Origin: an uncultured cyanobacterium
Lineage (GTDB): Bacteria > Cyanobacteriota > Cyanobacteriia > Cyanobacteriales > Nostocaceae
NCBI GenBank assembly: GCA_963706595.1
Contig: OY970166.1
Coordinates: 2,496,001 to 2,560,000 of the forward strand
Length of the DNA stretch: 64,000 nt
Reading direction: 5' to 3'
Part shown: positions 58,604 through 64,000 of the stretch, piece by piece
Layout of the letters: every line of letters begins with the position of its first letter
How positions within the stretch are numbered: the first letter of the stretch is position 1
Program-made: the position numbers and the translations under genes
The notes under the pieces: model-generated
What the model saw: the letters and a program-made list of their open reading frames with translations, nothing else
What the model was told of the DNA's origin: nothing
Database searches by the model: none

Positions 58604-59431
58604 ATGTTGACAAAAAAACTTGAGCAATTAAAAGTTTTATTTAGAGAAATGGAGCAGGCATTAATTGCCTACTCTGGAGGGATTGATAGCACTTTGGTTG
58701 CCAAGATTGCTTATGATGTGTTAGGCGATCGCGCTTTGGCTGTTACAGCTGTTTCGCCTTCGCTATTGCCAGAAGAATTAGAAGATGCGAAAATTCAAGC
58801 CGCAACAATGGGAATTCCCCATAAAATAGTCCAAACTCACGAAATGGACAATCCTAATTACACTTCTAACCCGGTCAATCGTTGTTATTTTTGCAAAAGT
58901 GAGTTGCATGATACTCTCAAACCCTTAGCTTTACAGCTAGGTTATCCCTATGTAGTGGATGGCGTGAATGCTGATGATTTACACGATTATCGCCCAGGAA
59001 TTCAAGCTGCTCAAGAAAGAGGGGCGCGATCGCCTTTAGCAGAAGTTGGGGTGACTAAAGCTGAAGTCCGTCAACTTTCACAACAACTCGGTTTACCTTG
59101 GTGGGATAAACCCGCTCAACCTTGTCTAAGTTCTCGCTTTCCTTACGGTGAAGAGATTACTGTCGCCAAGTTGCAAAGAGTGGGTAGGGCAGAAATTTAT
59201 CTGCGAAAGCTGGGTTGGCAGAATTTGCGTGTGCGTTCGGAAGGAGATACAGCCCGGATTGAATTGTTACCAGCACAGATTAAAGATTTTGTCTTAACTA
59301 CAGATTTACAGGCAGTAGTCTCTGCATTTCAGGATTTGGGATTTATCTACGTCACACTGGATTTAGAAGGTTATCGTAGTGGTAAGTTGAATCAAGTTCT
59401 CAAGTTTCCATCAATGATTCCAAGTGCATAA
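58604..59431 (+). CDS. larE: LarE-like ATP-dependent sacrificial sulfur transferase (PP-loop)
   Basis: AYSGGIDS, RCYFCK, DYRPG, PCLSSR. Confidence 0.88.
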   Translation: MLTKKLEQLKVLFREMEQALIAYSGGIDSTLVAKIAYDVLGDRALAVTAVSPSLLPEELEDAKIQAATMGIPHKIVQTHEMDNPNYTSNPVNRCYFCKSELHDTLKPLALQLGYPYVVDGVNADDLHDYRPGIQAAQERGARSPLAEVGVTKAEVRQLSQQLGLPWWDKPAQPCLSSRFPYGEEITVAKLQRVGRAEIYLRKLGWQNLRVRSEGDTARIELLPAQIKDFVLTTDLQAVVSAFQDLGFIYVTLDLEGYRSGKLNQVLKFPSMIPSA

Positions 59432-59438
59432 AGGTCAT

Positions 59439-60419
59439 TTAACTACCGGATTGAGTAAATTCTAGTTGTTGTAGTGCCAAACGCCAAATATCATAGCCAT
59501 CTTGAGACAAATGTAAACCATCTGTAGTTAACTCTGGGCGCAGATTGCCTTGAAAATCTGTAAACCAATGATAAATATTGAGATAATCAACTTTTTCTTC
59601 TTGAGCAATCGCAGCCAGCTGTGTATTAATCTGAATAATCCGGCTATTAGGAATTGCCGGTAGGCGAGTAGGCAAAATTGATTGGACGATAATTTGACTT
59701 GTGGGGTGAGACCGCCGCAAGCTACGGATAATCCGCCGATGATTACGCAAAATTTCTTGGTTACTATCCCCTTGGCGTAAGTCGTTAATCCCAGCCATGA
59801 TGTAAATTACATTCGGTCGTGTGGTCGAAAATGCCCGCAATCTTCTGACCACACCACCGGAAGTATCCCCAGATATGCCCTGATTGAGCCACAATTTACC
59901 AGTAGGCAGTTTTTCTTTAGGAAACCACATACTCAAGGAATCACCAACCAAGATACCTAAATAACTTGCACCTTGTCCTTGACTGATGGCTTTGGCTTCT
60001 AAAGCTAATAAATTTTTCCAGTCTTCATAAGTGAGTTGACGTTTCCGGCTGGAATCCCCGAATACTTGCGAAGAATTACTATCTAACCGTGTATAAATTT
60101 TACCTGTTTTCAGGGCTGCCAATCTTTGGTCGTAAAGTTGATTACCAGATGTTAATGGCAAGTGATTTGTTTGGGAACTGGGATTAAATAAAGACTCTGG
60201 TAATTGTTGATTGCTGAACTCTGGTAAGGATATATCAGGATTAGCGATGTTTTTTTTATTCGCTGTTATTTGGGAATTCTGTGGAGAATTCAACAATAAT
60301 TGCGAAGTTTCTGGCATAACTCTCGACATCTGTGGAAGAGCAGATGCTGGTATTACTAATCCTGTTAACAAGCCTGCTGCTAACAGATAAGGTTCCCTCA
60401 TCGCTTTGTCTTTCCTCAT
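59439..60419 (-). CDS. SGNH/GDSL hydrolase
   Basis: VGDSL, NQGISGD, GIND, DGLH; start may be 60401. Confidence 0.9.
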   Translation of the reverse strand: MRKDKAMREPYLLAAGLLTGLVIPASALPQMSRVMPETSQLLLNSPQNSQITANKKNIANPDISLPEFSNQQLPESLFNPSSQTNHLPLTSGNQLYDQRLAALKTGKIYTRLDSNSSQVFGDSSRKRQLTYEDWKNLLALEAKAISQGQGASYLGILVGDSLSMWFPKEKLPTGKLWLNQGISGDTSGGVVRRLRAFSTTRPNVIYIMAGINDLRQGDSNQEILRNHRRIIRSLRRSHPTSQIIVQSILPTRLPAIPNSRIIQINTQLAAIAQEEKVDYLNIYHWFTDFQGNLRPELTTDGLHLSQDGYDIWRLALQQLEFTQSGS

Positions 60420-60670
60420 ATTTACTGCTTTTTCCTATGACGGTATTAATCACCTGGATTCAGGAAAATTTTACTTAGATTTAGTTATTATTGTTATTTA
60501 CACCGGATTGTATAGTTCTGTAAAGCAGCTTCACAAGATTATATTTAAGAATTCACCATTTCTTCAAGATATAATTTCTTATTCCTCAGCCAGTCTTATT
60601 TAACAAGAATTTTTTCGGGAATATATAGTTAAAGATTCAGAGAAGTGCTAAGATTTAGGCGAAGTAATTA

Positions 60671-60883
60671 ATGTTTCTTTGTTATTCTGTGGCTAGAGCT
60701 AGTACCGCAATTGGTGTCAGTCCAATTATTAAGGAGAGTGTGCAAAAACAGGCACATTCGACACGTTTGACCCTAAAAGAGGTTATTCTTATGGGAATGT
60801 TAGCTATTGACAAGCTAGATGATCAAAGCCGTCAAGAGTTAGCCAATCAAGTTCATCAAATGCAGGTGAATGGCGAGATTTGA
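60671..60883 (+). CDS. Small hypothetical protein
   Basis: 70-aa ATG ORF; GGGAATATA motif upstream. Confidence 0.55.
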   Translation: MFLCYSVARASTAIGVSPIIKESVQKQAHSTRLTLKEVILMGMLAIDKLDDQSRQELANQVHQMQVNGEI

Positions 60884-60935
60884 GCGATTAGTTATCAACT
60901 TTAACTTTTCCATCTCACTCTTAAATTCGCACTGA

Positions 60936-61841
60936 CTATTGATCAAATCGATAACGACTTCCCATCAGATAATCTTCATTAATTTCAAAGGAAATCCATC
61001 GACGTTGCCAAGTTTCGGCGACAAATCCGGTTGTATTGGAACCTGCAAATGGGTCTAACACTATATCACCTTCATCAGTTAAAAATTTGATGAAAAATTC
61101 CGCGAACCCTCTGGGAAACCGGGCTGGGTGAGGTTTAATCCCCTCGGCTTTACAGCGCCGTAAATAAGCGCTATTAGATTCAGTATTGGCAATTTCTAGC
61201 AAATTTGGCGGAATTGCCCCCTGATTATCTTTTTGGAATTTGTCAGAAATATCATGTCCACTGGGACGGATTTTAGCTTTATAGCCATTTTTCAGCAGTT
61301 GTTTCATACTCTGGCTATATGGCTTTAAGACTTTCCTGTTGTCGGCTTTAGGATTTGGTGTTTTCGACAACCACCAAACTACATTGACTGAATCTTTCAC
61401 CCGAATGCGTCTAATTGTCACCCACTCAGCCGGGGTAGGTAATCGAGCCGGATTGTAGTGATAAAATTCTTGAGCTAGAAAAAAGCCGACTTCTTTACAC
61501 AATCTCACTAAAAGTTCGTATTGGTAGATACTCCGCACAGGATTACCAGGAAGATAAGCACCGCCTAAATCCAGAATAAATGAGCCATTCTCGGTGAGAA
61601 CTCTTTTAAACTCGGTGGCGAAAGGTAGAAACCATTCAATATATTTTTCCGCGCTTTGATTACCATATTCTTTTTGACGCGTGAGAGCAAATGGTGGTGA
61701 AGTAAGGATGAGATTAATACTATTTTGCTCAATGGATTTAATCAGTTTGAGGCTATCACCCAAATATGCTTTTCCTAAATTTTGGGTGTAATAGGGATGG
61801 AAAATTATATCTTCTGATGATTTTATTGTTTCTTGTTGCAA
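60936..61841 (-). CDS. Beta-class N4-cytosine DNA methyltransferase, M.PvuII-like
   Basis: TSPPFAL catalytic motif before HPARFP...DPFAGSNTT SAM motif; RPSGHDI..F.KDN.GAIPPNLL. Confidence 0.9.
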   Translation of the reverse strand: MQQETIKSSEDIIFHPYYTQNLGKAYLGDSLKLIKSIEQNSINLILTSPPFALTRQKEYGNQSAEKYIEWFLPFATEFKRVLTENGSFILDLGGAYLPGNPVRSIYQYELLVRLCKEVGFFLAQEFYHYNPARLPTPAEWVTIRRIRVKDSVNVVWWLSKTPNPKADNRKVLKPYSQSMKQLLKNGYKAKIRPSGHDISDKFQKDNQGAIPPNLLEIANTESNSAYLRRCKAEGIKPHPARFPRGFAEFFIKFLTDEGDIVLDPFAGSNTTGFVAETWQRRWISFEINEDYLMGSRYRFDQ

Positions 61842-61956
61842 GAGTTTTAATTGGTTGAAAATTGTTTCAAGTGTATACAGTGGTTGGCATTTTTAGTAGG
61901 TCACAAATTAGGAAATAAAGGATGAGTAAAATCCCATCCTACGCATCAATGAAAGT

Positions 61957-62397
61957 TTACCACTTTTTGTAGGGGAGAAACTTACCAGACATAATAACTT
62001 TAACGCGATCGCCTTTGGGGTCTGATTCTTTCTCTACATCTAAAGTAAAGTCAATGGCGCTCATAATACCGTCGCCGAATTTATCATGAATCACGGCTTT
62101 AATGGGCATTCCGTACACCTGCATAATCTCATAGAAACGATAAATCAGTGGATCAGTGGGTACAACAGGACCTAATCCTTTGAGCGGACATTCAGTTAAC
62201 TGTTGAATATAGATCGGACTTAATCCCAATGTTTGCACCAGTAACTGAGCTTCTTCTGGGGAAGCGCTGGCTTGTCGGTAGAACACAGCCGCAATCCATA
62301 CTTCGTCACGTCCGAGAATTTTTTCTAAATCGGCAAAACTCAATTGTTTCTCTTGTTTTGCTGCTAAAAGCTGTTGAGTAATTTCGGGAATAGACAT
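61957..62397 (-). CDS. cynS: Cyanase
   Basis: [28 protein letters not shown]. Confidence 0.97.
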   Translation of the reverse strand: MSIPEITQQLLAAKQEKQLSFADLEKILGRDEVWIAAVFYRQASASPEEAQLLVQTLGLSPIYIQQLTECPLKGLGPVVPTDPLIYRFYEIMQVYGMPIKAVIHDKFGDGIMSAIDFTLDVEKESDPKGDRVKVIMSGKFLPYKKW

Positions 62398-62781
62398 CGA
62401 AAAACCGCTCCAAGTCTGTCAGGCTAATTTTAGGCGATCGCTCGTTGCCAGGGAGCAATTAGTTTTAAATTATACTATTACTTCTATAATACTTTTTCTA
62501 TTTTAATCATGGGGTTTCTCAAATTTGGGGAAAGCGATCGCCGGACATAGCTGTGCTGACTTCAGATGGTGTGCATTACACTCAGCGTCACCTAGTAATC
62601 GCATCCTACTTAAGGCTGATTTATGGAGATATTTTAAACAACAATAGTTCACTAATTATTTCTGTAAACTATTTGCCAAAATGCCGGAATTTGATGAATT
62701 TTAAATAGTATCCTGTTCTGTATTCGTACAACAAGAAGTTAGAGTATAGGTCTAACAATTACACATATCACGCAACTGTCC

Positions 62782-63330
62782 ATGTTCCGACAACCTGCTT
62801 TTGGCATCGCTTTAAGTACGCTTGTCCTTGCGAGTGGATTAATGAATTCTCCCATAACAGGTAAAACCTCTACAGAACAAACCACTCGTAATCAACCGTT
62901 ATTAATTCCTTCAAGTCAGGCTGCAACATTAACTACTAACTTTGACACTAATGCCCTAGAAAAATCAGTTTTTGACGACATTAATCGATATCGAGTTACT
63001 CATAATCTGCCAAAGTTGACCCTAAATGCAAATATCACTCAACAGGCAAGGATACATAGCCAAAATATGGCTAATAATAAAGTCCCTTTTAGCCACGAAG
63101 GGTTTGAACAGCGAATCACAGCTATTCCCCTGCGCTACAACGATGCGTCAGAGAATGTCGCAGTCAATCGGGGATATAGCAATCCTGCTAGTCAAGCTGT
63201 TACAGGTTGGTTGGAAAGTCCCGGACATTTGAAGAATATTCAAGGCAATTTCAACCTGACAGGGATTGGTGTGGCGACAAATCCAAAAGGCGAAGTTTAC
63301 CTTACCCAAATTTTCATTCGCACTAGATAG
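62782..63330 (+). CDS. CAP/SCP domain secreted protein
   Basis: INRYR, HSQNMA, ENVA, WLESPGHLKNI, GIGV, TQIF. Confidence 0.9.
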   Translation: MFRQPAFGIALSTLVLASGLMNSPITGKTSTEQTTRNQPLLIPSSQAATLTTNFDTNALEKSVFDDINRYRVTHNLPKLTLNANITQQARIHSQNMANNKVPFSHEGFEQRITAIPLRYNDASENVAVNRGYSNPASQAVTGWLESPGHLKNIQGNFNLTGIGVATNPKGEVYLTQIFIRTR

Positions 63331-63352
63331 ATTTATTTACTGGGTTTTTGCA

Positions 63353-63410
63353 CAATAATAATGTAGTGTCTGATAGTATTTTTATCTCCAAGACACTGCA
63401 TTTATTATTG
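63353..63410. other. Long AT-rich hairpin in the intergenic space
   Basis: CAATAATAATGTAGTGTCT ... AGACACTGCATTTATTATTG. Confidence 0.5.
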
Positions 63411-63417
63411 AGGATTC

Positions 63418-64000
63418 ATGACATTACAAGATTTTCAAGTAGGCGATCGCGATTTAAGTGACGCGGTTCTGGCTGAGTATTTAGAATCCGACGCGATCGC
63501 TATCGACACCGAAACCATGGGATTATTACCGCAGCGCGATCGCTTGTGTCTGATTCAGCTATGCAATGGGGAGGGTAAAGTCACCGCCATTCGCATCGCC
63601 AAAGGACAAACCGCAGCCCCAAATTTAAAAACACTCTTTGAAGCAGAGAATATCCTGAAAGTGTTTCACTTCGCTCGTTTCGATGTTGCGACTTTGCGCC
63701 ATAACCTGGGGATTCAAGTACAGCCGGTTTTTTGTACCAAAATTGCCAGTAAACTGGCTCGGACATACACCAATCGTCACGGACTCAAAGAAGTAGTACT
63801 AGAGTTAGAACACATAGAATTAGATAAAAGCGCTCAAAGTTCCGATTGGGGGAACGCTGATAATTTATCTGATATTCAACTCAATTATGCTGCCAATGAT
63901 GTCCGTTACTTACTCGGCGTACAGCAGAAACTCATGGAAATGCTCAAACGAGAAGAACGTTGGGAAATTGCTCAGGAATGCTTTCAAGTTTTGCCAACTT
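63418..64000 (+). CDS. rnd: Ribonuclease D family 3'-5' exonuclease, runs off the window end
   Basis: Manual translation MTLQDFQVGDRDL...IAIDTETMGL..RDRLCLIQL...KVFHFARFD...SSDWG...YAANDV. Confidence 0.9.
   Translation, partial: MTLQDFQVGDRDLSDAVLAEYLESDAIAIDTETMGLLPQRDRLCLIQLCNGEGKVTAIRIAKGQTAAPNLKTLFEAENILKVFHFARFDVATLRHNLGIQVQPVFCTKIASKLARTYTNRHGLKEVVLELEHIELDKSAQSSDWGNADNLSDIQLNYAANDVRYLLGVQQKLMEMLKREERWEIAQECFQVLPT

Noticed and set aside
60739..60748. Possible target (GTGCAAAA) of the orphan omegaRNA guide
   Set aside because: Only an 8-nt match, expected by chance.
62400..62780. NtcA box upstream of cynS (also looked upstream of ureE)
   Set aside because: No GTA-N8-TAC match was seen.

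Overview
This 64-kb window comes from a heterocyst-forming cyanobacterium (Nostocales, possibly Nodularia-like). The assignment rests on the 16S sequence, frequent HIP1 GCGATCGC octamers and STRR heptamer repeats. Most of it is core genome: purK with 6S RNA, a tRNA-less rRNA operon, ureEFG, ycf37, rplT/rpmI, raf1, menG, aroQ, topA, ndhB, lipA, psaX, larE-like, cynS and rnd. The most notable region is an AT-rich accessory block at about 41.0-53.3 kb. It carries a three-gene operon (AetD-like heme-oxygenase-like diiron enzyme, FOXRED2-like flavoprotein, FMO-type monooxygenase), flanked by an internally deleted hybrid kinase, a large Ser/Thr kinase-AAA-GAF-His kinase and an internally deleted IS607. 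Other highlights are an orphan copy of the IS607/TnpB right end (omegaRNA-like scaffold) in the leader of an unannotated AtpTheta-like small protein, an ABC-ATPase + DUF4276 candidate defence pair, an orphan M.PvuII-like methyltransferase, four frameshifted signalling genes, and small repeat elements inserted in frame into proteins. Family assignments come from reading the sequence and recalled protein families; no database searches were run.
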